DNA of 64,000 bases from the human T2T-CHM13v2.0 reference genome, Homo sapiens. Shown here in pieces: positions 16,546 through 31,655 of the stretch. Positions within the stretch are counted from its first letter, which is position 1. Each line of letters opens with the position of its first letter. The notes under the pieces are model-generated. The model was not told the origin of the DNA. It was given only the letters and a program-made list of their open reading frames with translations, and ran no database searches. The stretch is taken from assembly GCF_009914755.1 (NCBI RefSeq), contig NC_060926.1. One strand, given 5' to 3'. Both the position numbers and the translations under genes were made by a program.

Positions 16546-18454
16546 AAGCCCAATACAAATAAGTTTAATTAAAATGGGGCTTTATTGGAAGGATAGTGGA
16601 ACATCCACACACATACCTGGGCTCCCAGTAACTAGAATCCAGCCTCAGTGCCATGATGATCCCTCTTTCTCTGTCTCTCCTCTCTCATTCTCTCCAGTAG
16701 AGATGAGTTTTCTCTGTGTGACCACAAACATAGCCTCTGGGAGCTCTAGATTCCCATCCCTCCAGATTCCCATCCCTCCAGACTCCCTGAGCCAAAAAGC
16801 CCTCACCACCAACTTCTTTTAAAACAATCCTAGGAAAGCCTCTGATTGGTCCAGATTCCGCCATGTGCCCATCCCTGAACCAATCACTGTAGCCAGAGGG
16901 ATGGACACATGTTCTCCCCATGGCCAGGATGCAGAGTTCTGGGATTGGCAGCTCCTTCCGGGCCATCAGCAAGGACACCGGGAGGAAGTAGTTCCGTGAA
17001 GAAAGAAGGGCTTCTGTTAGATTGATGGCAAACAGCACAGGTTCTTAATATTTTGATAGAGACTCTCTTGGAAACTCCTATAGCCGAAAAGATGCCTTAA
17101 CCAAAAAGATTGTACCTTTGACTTCAGAATCAAAGTAACTGTAACTGAATTCCATAACTAAGAATTTAGTCCTCCTGTCCAGTTCTCTCTATTGCTCTTG
17201 CAAGAACCAGCTCAAATGCAACCCCTCAAGGCCTTTGTCATTGTTCTGAGGCCTGTTCTGGAGCATTTGAGCAGTGCCTATATTCTAAAATAGTATCTGA
17301 TCTAATTAATGTTTGCCTCCTCCACTAAACTCTAACACAGGAACAATGAGTCCAGCTCCAAGCATTAGAGGCTGGGGCAACAGAGCCCTGCAGAGCTCCT
17401 CAGGCCACGCGCAGAGGGAGCCCCCACACTCCTTCCCTACACACCAGAATTAAAAACCAAACATTAGCTGGGAGTGCATGTGTTGCTTTTCTTTTGAGAC
17501 TGGATTCAACTTGAAAGGACTCTTCATCTTATCTTGTGCAAGTGAGCAAGGGGAAGAGTGTTGGTTCTGTGGTGCAATAAATAACTTCTCATTATGAGAA
17601 ATGCGATGCCCCTCTCCACCTAGCCATTTGGAAACCATAATCTGACATTACAGAAGCTTTTCTTGTGAGACCAGAGATATCTGAACCACTTCTCTTTTCA
17701 AGCAACTTCAGCAGGCTTTCCATGCTATTAGTGGAACAAGTCCAAGCTATCTTTGATTTGTGGTCGCTTGATTGGGTCCTGAAAGGACAGGCTCTGCTTT
17801 GTGAGGAGGGATAATTGCTTGGGAATCCTGCAGAGTAATTTAATTCCTGTGCAGTTAGAGGGACCACAAATTTGGAGAAACTTAACTCCTCTGGAGAGAT
17901 GACAATATATGTGAAGGTTCCTCTCCACCATATGGGCCCTTCCTTTCCTCTGACAGCTCACTTCAGCCCTTTCTGCCTCATAAATTTTCCTGACACTGGG
18001 AATGTTTTCCTAGAAAAGAGGAGGTTCTTCTCAGATCCTGCCACACAAAGCCTGAGGCCACTTAGAAAATGATCCAGCTGCACAGCCTAACAGGTCAAAC
18101 CACCATATCCTTAGGCACAATGTCATCACCTAACTCTGTGAATTTCAAACTCACTCCAGCAACCCATAGGGCAGTCAGAGTGGGAGGGTAGTAGTGTGTG
18201 AGGCCAAGAAATTGACCATCCTTTACTGATAGGAAGGGAGAGACCAAAGCTGCCTGAACCTGAGGGCCCACAGGCCCATTATAAGAGTCTTTGGTACCAT
18301 TTGAACCAAAAGAGTTGATAGATCACTGCTATGGATATTCACAGGTTGAAGGAAAGATACCAATGAGATCGCACTTGTTTTGACGTTGGAAACCTAGCTT
18401 CATTTTCAGAACCATAACAACCAAAGGTTATCTCAGGCTAGGAAGGGACTTTTT

Positions 18455-18905
18455 CTTCTCAATAAACTTTCTGTTTTGGAATAATTTGAGAAGTACAGAA
18501 AAGTTGCAAATATAGTACAGAGAGTTCCCATATGCCTTTGACCCAGTTCCCACTAGTGTTAACATCTTTCATTACTATGCTACATTTGTCAAAACTAAGA
18601 AATGAACATTGGTACAGTACCATCAATTAAACTGCAGACGTGATTCAGATTTCATCAATTTTTCCACTAATGTTCCAGGATCTCATCCAGGATCCCACAT
18701 TGAATTTAGTCAACATGTCTCTTTCATTTCCTCTGAGCTGTGATAGTTTTTTAGTTTTTCCTCATTTATCATGACCTTCACAATTTTGAAGGATACTAGT
18801 CAGATATTTTGTAGAATGTCCCTCAATTTGGGTTTGTCTCATGTTGTCTCCTGGTTAGACTAGGGTTATAGGGTTTGAGGAAGAAAAGCCAAAGGTGAAG
18901 TGCCT
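18455..18905 (-). mobile_element. L1MC 3' end fragment
   Basis: acagaaaagttgcaaa...agtacagagagttccc L1M 3'UTR signature. Confidence 0.7.
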
Positions 18906-19285
18906 GGAAGAGATTTTTTAAAAGAAGAACAGGTAGATCAGAACTTACAAACTGACTTATCTTCAAGCCAAATCCTGTTTTGTTTGTTTCATCCTATGTT
19001 TCTTAGAAATGTTGTATTAATTTTGTACTGAATTTTTCTAATTCACATTTCCAGTGTCTCTTAAAAAATAGAAAGAGCTAGTGATTCCAGGCCTCCGAGG
19101 TAGTCAGAGGTGGGCACTGAGAAATGGTTGGCCCCTCCAGGGCTGTGTCTTCTTTGGGTCGCACCAGTCCTGTGGCCTACTCAGCGTGGAGGTCCAGCAT
19201 CAGCTACTATTGATCATGTCCATAATGCTGGTTTTCTTACGGTAAAAAGAATTATCTATATTTCTATCATAACAGAAACAGACCC

Positions 19286-19633
19286 TGTATTAGTCCGTTT
19301 TCATGCTGCCAATAAAGACATACCCAAGACTGGGTAATTTATAAAGAAAAGAGGTTTAATTGACTCACAGTTCCCATGACTGGGGAGGCTTCACAATGTG
19401 GCAGACAGTGAAGGAGCAAAGTCACGTCTTACAAGGAGGCAGGCAAGAGAGCTTGTGCAGGGGAACTCCCACTTATATAACTATCAGATCTCATGAGACT
19501 TATTCACTACCACAAGAACAGTATGGGGGAAGCCACACCCATGATTCCATTATCTCCACCTGGCCCTGCCCTTGACATGTGGGGATTATTAAAGTTCAAG
19601 GTGAGATTTGGGTGACACAGCCAAACCATATCA
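19286..19633 (-). mobile_element. THE1 (MaLR) solo LTR
   Basis: tgtattagtcc...aaaccatatca termini; perfect 5-bp TSD GACCC. Confidence 0.93.
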
Positions 19634-22600
19634 GACCCAGATAATCTCACCCTTCAAGAGGAATAAGGCAAGAGCAAGAAATGTGGGGAGCTGAGTCTAA
19701 GGAAAGTGCATTTAACAGGAAGTGGTGTGGATGAACTCTCTAAAACCTCCATGTGACTCCCTGTGACCACTGTCCGTGTGACATGGTCTTCACCTATTTG
19801 GCAACAGAAAAGAGAGATGTGGGTCAGGAGGGAAACCAACTGTAAAGGAAGTGGATGGATGAAGGGAAAGGATGATGAAACTTCCACCTGCCCTGACTTC
19901 CTCCCAACACCTTTCTCTAGGCCAAATCCATATCACCTCCCAGGGATAGCCCTGTGGCCTGCTGGGACACAGCCATCTGGCAGGGTCTGCATGGCTGGGC
20001 CTCCTCTGGGCAGGGATTTCCAGTGCGGCCAGTTCCACCTCAGCAGCCTGTTAGAGGCATGGTGGGGGTCTGCCTGAGGTCTCCCCTACTCTCCCGCCCA
20101 TGGTGCCTGTGAATGAGATGTGCCCTGTCACAGGAGCTAGACTTCTGAGCCCCAGTCACCCCTTCCCAGGAAAAAATGGGGACAAAATCCCCAACTTCTC
20201 TTCTTTCTCATCCTCCTCCCCTTTCCCATCCTGCCCCAAGACCCTAGCCTTGAAAGCTTTAGGATCTGCCTAGAATGTGTGCCCACAGTGGGTGCCAAGG
20301 CAGTGACCAAGCCAAGTCTCCCAGCACCCACTCATATGATAAGGCCTACCCAGTACACCGTGAAAGCAGACCTGGGGCAGAATGGGGGGTGAGTGGGTAG
20401 GACAGTACCTCAAGTGAAAGGAGTGAGCACTGGACCAGGAGTCTGAGGATCTGGACCCCAGTCCTTGTTCCAGTGCAGTGTGGTGCTAGGCAAATCACTT
20501 AACCCCTCTGAGCCTGCGTTATCTCATCTCTCAAATCAGTTGACACTTTTACCTGCCTTGCCAACCTCCTGACTTCTGGGATATGTAAAGATGATCAAGC
20601 CTGACTCATTCCCCTTACTCCCAAGCCCAAGTTATATCCCTCTCTATCTGTCCACAGAAGCTCAACTTTCTCCTTCACTGCACTTACATCACATCCCCGC
20701 TTACTTGTTAAACCTGCACCCCTGCCATTAATAAAATTGCCTTGGGGACAACACACACATATTTAGACATGGGGCCTAGTGCAGTGATACCTGTTCCAGG
20801 ACTTGATATAGGACGTGCTCAAGAAATGTTAAATGAACAAATGAATTCAGCAAGCAAGTAAATAACAGAGTGTGTGAATGTGTCTTTTCAACTATCAGGC
20901 TTGATCTAAATGTAAAGGACCAGGGATGAGACCTAAGTAGTTCCTGGGTAGCTGACCTGCCCTGGCTCACAGCCAATGCCAATTACCTGCCCCTGCCCTC
21001 CAGTCAAAAATGATTGGATTTGAGGTTGACACCTAACTCAAATCTGTTCATCTATTGGCTGACAAACTGCCAACCAGACTCTTCCAGTATTTGAACTGTC
21101 ACAGAAATAATAAATCATGAGATGAAAGTAGGTGATTGAACAGAAACATTATGTAGAGTCATGGTTGGGACAGCCATATTGGTCCATTACACTAGAAGCA
21201 ACCAAAGAGAGAGGACACAGAGAGACAGAGATGAGCGAGATCATCTGAGCCTTGGAATTGGAGAGGAGATCTCAGTTCCCAACATTCCAGTCGCATTTCC
21301 AGTCTGACTGTACTTTGTGTCTTGTCTTTGGAAGTCTGAGAGATTTTCCCTTGAAGTTGTAGAAGAAATCCTTTGCTTAGGCTGGGGTTGGAATGGGGGT
21401 TGGAGTATCTGTTCCTTACACTCAAATAATCTCTCATTAAAACACTGGGAAAACAAGATACAATCTCTTATTAACAGGTACAATCTTATCTACAAGGAGA
21501 AGAAAAAGACACCCACAAGGGCTGAGGCACATGTACTCATCGGAGGCAGGAGTAAATATGAGGGCCCCCCTCTGGCCCAGGGCAAACTGAATCCCAAGGC
21601 TGATGGTGGGAGTGGTCATTCTCTGAGGATTTCAAAGATACTTCTCTTGGATGAGCAGAGGAGGTTGAGCCAGAAACCAGGAAAAAGTTCCAAAGAAATA
21701 AAGCGTCAGCCTGGCATGTTATTGCTGGAGCTGAGGGCCAACAGTTGGTGCCCAGTGTTGGAGGCAGCCTCCCAGGACCCTCTGCAGAGATTGGCTGACT
21801 TGAAGGGCTGGGAAACCCATCAAACCAAGAGATGGCCAAGCTCACAGTAGGCCAAAACGCAAACAAATCATAGGCACAAAGCAATATAACTAAGAGAAGG
21901 AGACATGGCCAACTTTGGGCATAATCACTGGGATCCTGGTAAGAGTAGATTTCTCATCCAGAGCTGTAAGTAACTCAGATGGTATTTGTCATAAAATTAT
22001 GAAACACTGTGGGACTTGCGGTTTCTGTAATTTGTCTGCCTCAGAAGAGCTAATGTTTATTGATTTTCTTCTGTACAAGGCAGAATCATCCATTTGGTTT
22101 GCCAGTGTTGAAAGTTCTCAGGTTTCTGGAAGAAGCATGAACCAAAAGAATTAAAATGAGTATCTCTATATCAGTTTTCTTCCTAGTTACAGAGAGTGAA
22201 TATTGCTATAATGAAAGCTTTCACAAACATCCGAAATTTAATTCTTTTGCAAGTCCTCAGAAATTAAAAATGATGGAAGGAAATAAGCATTTATTGAATA
22301 CCTGACATGTCTCAGGCAGTGAGCTAGGCCCTTTCACAAATTCACAGCAGTGAATTTGATCCTTTGAAGACCTCCAAGAGTTATTGTACTATTTCACTGA
22401 AGAGAAAACTGAAGTTTACAGAAACTAAATAGCTTGTCCAATGCCCCACAGCTGTTATGGAGTCAGACTGAGATTCTGACCCATGTCTGTCTGTCTCAAG
22501 TCCCTGATTTTTATGTGTCATCATACTGCCTTTCTATGACTGGCTTCCCCAGGGCCTTGGGAACCTAAAGAGCCCATGAAGTACTTAGGCTGCTTGTGGG

Positions 22601-22705
22601 GCGCTCATTCTTGACTTACAGTTTCATGTGAAACTCTTGGGGTAGAAAGGATGGGAAACATGGAAACTCCTTTTATTAATAAACTTTTTCTAATATGCTA
22701 TTTTT

Positions 22706-22980
<275 letters not shown>

Positions 22981-23871
22981 TATATTCATATTTTTAATCC
23001 ACCTGGAATTTATTTTTGAATGGGATCTGAATTAGGAGGGTTTTATTTTTGTCTAAAGGCCTACCCATGTATGGTAGTACAATTTGTCTTTTAAAGTATC
23101 CTTTTCCCACTGAATTGAATATGTTACCTTTGTCATTCATTATGTTTTTATGTTCATTCACTCTACTCCTAGACTCTCTTCTTCTCTCCACTGGTCTATT
23201 TTAGCACCAGTTCCTTACTGTCTGAATCCTGTAGCTTAGTTTTAAATTTAACTACCTGGTAAAGCAAGTCACCACTCTTAACTCTTCTCAGACACTTGTT
23301 CTTCCATATCATCTTTAACATCTTTTTGTCTATTCCTCTCCACTCACTGAAAATAATCATTTTTATTCCAATTAAATTTAATTATATTTGTATATTAATA
23401 TGGATTATAAACAAGAATTGGCACTGTAAATTAAATCTTACATTATAAATTTAGTGTCTATTTCTTCATTTATTCGATTTTGTCTTATGTCTTTTAACAC
23501 AATTTTATGTTTTTTTTCAAGTATGTCTTTTACTCATCTTATTGGACTCACTCCTGAGTATTTTGTAGTTTTTGTTTCTATCAAGAATAAAATTTTTTCT
23601 TATTTTCATTTCTAACTGGACATGCTCATTTAGAGAAAAGCTATTGATTTTTTATGTTTCTCGTATTCAGCCATCTTAATTCTCCTCTCCATCCTGGTAA
23701 GTTATTTAAGTCACTAAGTTCTAACAGATTATCTAAGTAACTGAATTATGTTTATATTTTCTGCAAAAAAAAAAAAAAGAGATAATTTATTTTGTTTTTC
23801 TCCAATATTTTACACATTGTACTATTGCATTATTTAAAACTTCCAAAACAATACTAAATAATGGTAACAAG

Positions 23872-24203
<332 letters not shown>

Positions 24204-24649
24204 TTAAAATGGCTTCAGTATTTCATAGCTTGCTATAGTTATTATTATGTTTAAAAAGTTTTATTCTCCTATTTTACATGAAGTTTTTATTAGTAATTTT
24301 TAAGTTTTATGAAATGCCTTTTATAATTTACTGTTATAATAGTTATTTTCTCTTTTCATCTGTTAACCTAGTAGATATATTTTGCTGATAAATATTCTAA
24401 TTTTAAACTATCTTTACACACCTAAAATAAACTTGATTCAATTTCTATGTATTATTTTTACAATTTTCTATAGGATTTATTGACTAATTTTTGCTTAGAA
24501 TTTTTGCTTCTGTATTTGTAGATGAAGTTGCCTAGTTTTTTCTATCTTTATCATGCTTTAGTATTAATTATTCTAGCTTTATAAAATAAATTTGGAGCTT
24601 TTTTCATATTTTCCTGTGGCCTAGGATAGTTTAAATAATAGCCCGCTAC

Positions 24650-25089
24650 TGTTTCATGGATACTGACACGACACTCCTAAATCAGAGACAAAAGACTATT
24701 TATTACTCACAGCAATAGCAGTAGTCAGATATCAGCATCTGTGCACCAATTTCCTAAGCCCTATCTCCCCAGGCCGATGTGAAGAGAGACAGCTGACACC
24801 TGCACACACAGAAGGATGGATTACAGGAGAGGCATCCTGAGCTTAGGAATCTGACTGTTTCATAATAAGCATGAAGCATAACTACTCTTCACTCCAGAAA
24901 GAGACACTGTTATCTTCCAAGGTTGTAAGCAAACCTACCCTTTACTCTGAAGAGAAACACTGTCTCCATCTTCCAAAGTTATTTACTACACTAACAACCT
25001 TGAAAAGATAGTCCAGGATAAGGGACAGTCGGTATTTCGCTCACAGATGCACAAAACGGTAGGAGACCCATGAATAATTATTTCCCAGC
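24650..25089 (-). mobile_element. ERVL-type solo LTR (LTR47-like)
   Basis: cttgaaaagatagtccag and ggagacccatg motifs; internal repeat acactgt...atcttccaa; family from recall. Confidence 0.55.
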
Positions 25090-25210
25090 GATGCGTAGCT
25101 GAGGCTGAAAGGACAAAACATTAGTACTTATTAATTATTAGACAGTGGGCATATGAATGTCATTACACTATTTTCTGACTTCTGAAATAGTTTTAAAACA
25201 TCTCCCCCTT

Positions 25211-25890
<680 letters not shown>

Positions 25891-26117
25891 TCAAGATTTA
25901 GTGGCTGTTCCAATAAAATATGGGTGACTTCCCTTCAGGAATATTGAATTTGATGGCTGGGGCAAGGTAGGGGCCTTTTAATTCAAACAATCTGCAATGT
26001 TAGATGGTCAAGTTAGAAGGCATTCCAAAGAGTCCCTTAGCTATTCCTACTTGGTACCTCCTCATTTCAACGCATTCATAGGTGGATCAGGAACAGATGA
26101 TTGGAAAACTCTCGGAA

Positions 26118-26127
26118 ATCTCTCTCG

Positions 26128-26173
<46 letters not shown>
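26118..26173. repeat. Compound (CT)n(CA)n microsatellite
   Basis: Seen directly. Confidence 0.9.
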
Positions 26174-26176
<3 letters not shown>

Positions 26177-26861
26177 CTCAAACACAATTACCAAATAAAT
26201 CGTGCCGGGTGTTATCCATGTTTCTTAATCTCTCTAGACTTTTTTAATGAGGTCAATGGGAGGGCTGTTATTTATGATCTTAAAGCACTGGTATATGGAA
26301 AACATAATGGACATAGGAAAGTCAATGGTGAGCAAAAGAAAAATGACCCTGTTCCACAGAACTGACTAGGTAGTGGGGAAGATAAATAATTTGATAGAAT
26401 AACAAGATGTGACTGGATCCCAGATCCACTAGAAATTGATTTAACCTCACCTTCCACATGTACTCATCCACTAGCTCCCTACGACGTCATAATCTGAGAG
26501 AGTAAGCACAGTTTTCTTGTGATTGTTTCTAAGAGAGTAATAGAACAGCAGGGCCAGGGAAACCTTAGATTAAAAAAAGACCCAGCAGGACACTGGTTAA
26601 CAAAAGGTGTTTGCTTAGGTGACTTCTCTCTCTAGCTCAGATTTTCCTTCACAAAAGAAATTCAAACATCTAGCTTCATACCTCAAATAAATACTGCTTT
26701 AAAGCACCCAGCAAATCTAACATAGCATTAAAAAGTCCAAAATTAGAAATATTCTTCTGAGGTCTCTGCCCAAAATGCAAGACCAGCATCCCCAGGACCT
26801 TCCTCTCTCCTGCCCCTTCAAACATCACGCAGACAAAATTCTTGTGGACATAACAATATAT

Positions 26862-26864
<3 letters not shown>

Positions 26865-26898
<34 letters not shown>
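26865..26898. repeat. (CA)n microsatellite
   Basis: Seen directly. Confidence 0.9.
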
Positions 26899-26900
<2 letters not shown>

Positions 26901-27160
26901 TTACTTTCTCTCTGTTTCTGAAAATTTCCCCTTATTCACTCAAAGTCTGAGAATGTATTGGGGGGGGCTCTTATTGCTGAAACAGACGAAAGATTTGCTA
27001 ATGAGAATGATGGTTTCTTTATCCATACTCTTAGCAACAATAAAAATGTGGCTGCAGTTCAATTTAAGCGAACACCTAAATAAAAATTTAGACTTATGTA
27101 AAGTATTAAATTAATATTAAACCAATTTAATAGTCTTTATTTTTGAAAAGAATCAGAGTA

Positions 27161-27455
<295 letters not shown>

Positions 27456-29671
27456 TTATTTTATTTAGCAACCTCTCCTAGCAACTGTTTCAGAAAAATA
27501 TTTACTCTGAAAGATGAAATGTACCTGCAGTTCATTGTTTTTCCCCAGATTTGATCCCAGGGATACCTAAAATGAGATAATGAATGAGCATAAATGCAAA
27601 ACCAGATCCTAGTTTCCTTTGAAAGCTGGACTAAGTAACAATTACAATCAGCTACATCAGATATGCTGAGCTACCACAAATGATTTTGAAAGATGGGCTT
27701 CATCTGCCCCCTGCTGTACTCTAGGTAAATAACAGGACTTATTAATTTAGCATTGGTAGACAAGATTATTTGGCATCCCTCGCTAAAATGTAAAGGCTAC
27801 GGCAAAAAAGACAGCATGTGTTTCACCACTGTGTCCCCACCATGTAGCATAGTACCTGGGATATAGTAGGCACTCAATAAATGTGTTGAACAAATGAGCA
27901 TACAGATAAGGAAAGTATGCTTACAGACTGAGTAGGCATAATACCAAGTTTTACAGGCCCAAGAAAAAAATGCAAATGTTTTGCAACGTTCATATGTTTC
28001 TGAAAATAACTTGGTGCTTACCGAGTATGCATTGTCAGCAATTCAAACTTGCTATCCTCTAATAATTCCACTAGACTGAAAAAACTAATTAGAATATTCA
28101 GACTTAAGGATATACGTAAATTTTCTAAATGTGACTGTCAAGCAATAACTTTTTGAGAGCTTAGAATCTGAAAGCCATAAGGTAAAAAACCATCCAATTG
28201 TCTCCAAGACGGCAGAACTTGCAGAGATCACGCAAAGTTCCCCGTGCCATCTCCCATCCCTTGCCTCAGGTGACCCCTGCAGCCGCCAGCCCTCCAGTGA
28301 TTATCTCCATCTCTCTAGGATTAGTGAAGGCACAGATTGGAAGATAGGCATCATATTTAATTGGGGGTACATTTATTGAATATGAAAGAAGTCATGCGAG
28401 GGCCAAGATTTCAACATTTCATATACAGGCATACCCTGGAGATACGGTGGGTTTAATTCCAGACAACTGAAATAAAGCAAATACCACAATAAAGCGAGTC
28501 ACACAAATTTTTTTGTTTCCTAATTCATATACAGTTATGTTTACATGATACTGTAGTCTATTAAGTGTGAAATAGCATTATGTCTAAAAAAATGGATTTA
28601 CGTTAACTAACAAATACTTTATTGCTAAAAAGTGGTAACAATCATCTGCGCATTCGGTGAGTCTTTTTGCTGGTGGAGGGTCTTGCTTAATGTTGATGGC
28701 TGCTGACTGATCAGGGTGGTGGTTGCAGAAGGTTGAGGTGGCTGTGGCAATTTCTTAAAGACAGTGAAGTCTGTGGCATCAGTGGATTTTCCCTTTAATG
28801 AAGGATTTCTGTCACAGGTGATGCTATTTGATAACATTTACCCACAGCAAAACTACTTTCAAAATCGGAGTCAATCCTCTCAAATGCTGCCACTGCTTTA
28901 ATCAACTAAGTGTATGTAATATTCTAAATCCTTTATTGTCATTTCAACAATGTTCACAGCCTCCCCACCAGGAATAGATTTCATCTCAAGGAACCGCTTT
29001 CTTTGTTTATCATCAAGAAGCAACTCCTCATCTGTTAAAGTTTTATAATGAGATTGCAGCAATTCAATTACTTCTTCAAGCTTCATTTCTCATTCTAGTT
29101 ACCTTGCTATTTCCACATCTGCAGCTACTTCCACCACTGAAGTCTTGAACTCTTCAACGTCATCCAGGAGGACTGGAATCAACTTCTTCCAAATTCCTAT
29201 TAATATTGATATACTGACCTCCTCCCATGAATCACGAATGTTCTTAATGGTATCTAGAATGATGAGTTCTTTCCAGAAGTTTTTCAATTTACTTTGCCCA
29301 GATCCATCAGAGGAATCATTATCTATGGCAGCTATACCTTACAAAGTATATTTCTTAAATGATAAGACTCGAAAGTCGAAATGACTCCTTGACCCATGGA
29401 CTGCAGAATGGATGATGTGTTAGCAGACATGAAAACAATATTAATACATATTCTTATACAAGCCCATCAGAGCTCACAGGTGACCAGGTGCATTGCCAAT
29501 GAGCAGTAATATTTTCAAAGGAATCTTTTTTCTGAGCAGTAATTCTCAAGAATGGGTTTAAAATATTGAGTAAATAATGCTGTAAACAGGGGTGCTGTCA
29601 TCCAGGCTTTGTTGTTCCACTTACAGAAAACAGGCAGAATAGATTTAGCATAATTCTTAGGGGCCTTAGGA

Positions 29672-29968
29672 TTTTTTTTTTTTTTTTAAGACAGAGTCTC
29701 ACTCTGTCACACTGGAGTGCAATGGCACCATCTCGGCTCACTGCAACCTCCACCTCCCTGGTTCAAGCATTCTCCTGCCTCTGCCTGTAATCCCAAGTAG
29801 CTGGGATTACAGGCACCCACCACCACACGTGGCTAATTTTGTATTTTTAATAGAGACAGGGTTTCCCCACATTGGTCAGGCTGGTCTCGACCTCCTGACC
29901 TCAAGTGATCCACCCACCTCGGCCTCCCAAAGTGCTGGGATTACAGGCATGAGCCACTGCACCCGGCC
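29672..29968 (-). mobile_element. AluS inside Tigger1
   Basis: Dimer; TSD aggatttt. Confidence 0.93.
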
Positions 29969-30678
29969 AGGATTTTCATAATGGTAAATGAGCATTGGCT
30001 TCAACTTCAAGTTGCTGGCTGCATTAGACCCCAACGAGAAAGTCAGCCTGTCCTTTAAAGCTTTGAAACCAGGGATTCATTTCTCTCTAGCTATGAAAGT
30101 CCTAGATGGCATCTTCTTCCAATATAAGACTATCTCATCTACACTGAAAATCTGTCATTTAGTGTAGCCACCTTCATCAGTGATCTTTCCTAGATCTCTT
30201 GGATAACCTGTTGCCACTTCTACTTTAGCACTTACTGCATCACCTTGATTTTACGTTATGTAATAGAGATGGCTTCTTTCCTTAAATATCATCAACCAAC
30301 TTCTGCTAGCTTCAAACTTTTCTTCTACAGCTTCTTCACCTCTTAGCTTTCACAGAATTGAAGAGAGTTGGGGCCTTGCTCTGGATTAGGCTTTGGCTTA
30401 AGAAAATGTTGTGACTGGTTTAATCTTCTATCGAGACTACTCAAACTTTCTTCGAATCAGCAGTAAGGCTGTTTTGCTTTCTTATCATTTGTATCTTCAC
30501 TAGAGTAGCACTTTTTCTTTCCTTCAACAACTTTTTCCTTTGCATTCACAACTTGGCTAACTGGTGCAAGAGACCTACTTTTTGACATATCTTAGCTTTC
30601 AACATGCCTTCCTCACTAGGCTTAATCATGTGTAGCTTGTGATTTAAAGTGAGAGACATGTGACACTTCCTCTCACTT

Positions 30679-31655
30679 TGTGGGGAAAAGAAAGAGAGAT
30701 CAGACTGTTACTGTGTCTATGTAGAAAGAAGTCGACCTAAGAGACTCCATTTTGTTCAGTACTAAGAAAAATTCTTCTGCCTTGAGATGCTGTTAATCTG
30801 TAACCCTACTCCCAACCCTGTGCTCACAGAAATATGTGCTGTGTCAACTCAAGGTTTAATGGATTAAGGGCTCTGCGGGATGTGCTTTGTTAAACAAATG
30901 CTTGAAGGCAGCATGCTTGTTAAAAGTCATCACCACTCCCTATTCTCAAGTACCCAGGGACACAATACACTGCAGAAGGCCGCAGGGACCTCTGCCTAGG
31001 AAAACCAGGTATTGTCCAAGGTTTCTCCCCGTGCGATAGTCTGAAATATGGCCTCATGAGAAGGGAAAGACCTGACCGTCCCCCAGCCCGACACCCGACA
31101 CCCATAAAGGGTCTGTGCTGAGGAGGATTAGTAAAAGAGGAAGGCCTCTTTGCAGTTGAGATAAGGGGAAGGCATCTGTCTCCTGCTCATCCCTGGGCAA
31201 TGGAATGTCTTGGTGTAAAACCCGATTGTATATTCCATCTACTGAGATACGAGAAAACCGCCTTAAGGCTGGAGGTGGGACATGCTGGCAGCAAAACTGC
31301 TCTTTAAGGCATTGAGATGTTTATGTATACGCACATCAAAAGCACAGCACTTTTTTCTTTACCTTGTTTATGATGCAGAGATATGTGTTCACATGTTTTC
31401 CTGCTGACCCTCTCTCCACTATTACCCTATTGTCCTGCGACATCCCCTTCTCCGAGAAACGCCCGATAATGATCAATAAATACTAAGGGAACTCACAGAC
31501 TGGTGCTGGTGTGGGTCCTCCGTATGCTGAGCGCCGGTCCCCTCGACCCACTTTTCTTTCTCTATACTTTGTCTCTGTGTCTCTTTCTTTTCTCAAGTCT
31601 CTCGTCCACCTGACAAGAAGCACCCACAGGTGTGGAGGGGCAGGCCACCCCTTCA
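30679..31655 (+). mobile_element. HERV-K(HML-2) solo LTR, LTR5A/LTR5B type
   Basis: tgtggggaaaagaaagagagatcagac...ggggcaggccaccccttca; 977 bp; perfect 6-bp TSD TCACTT. Confidence 0.95.

Noticed and set aside
21317-21850. 177-aa plus-strand ORF
   Set aside because: Non-ATG start, no recognisable domain, begins in probable old LTR sequence, no splice support
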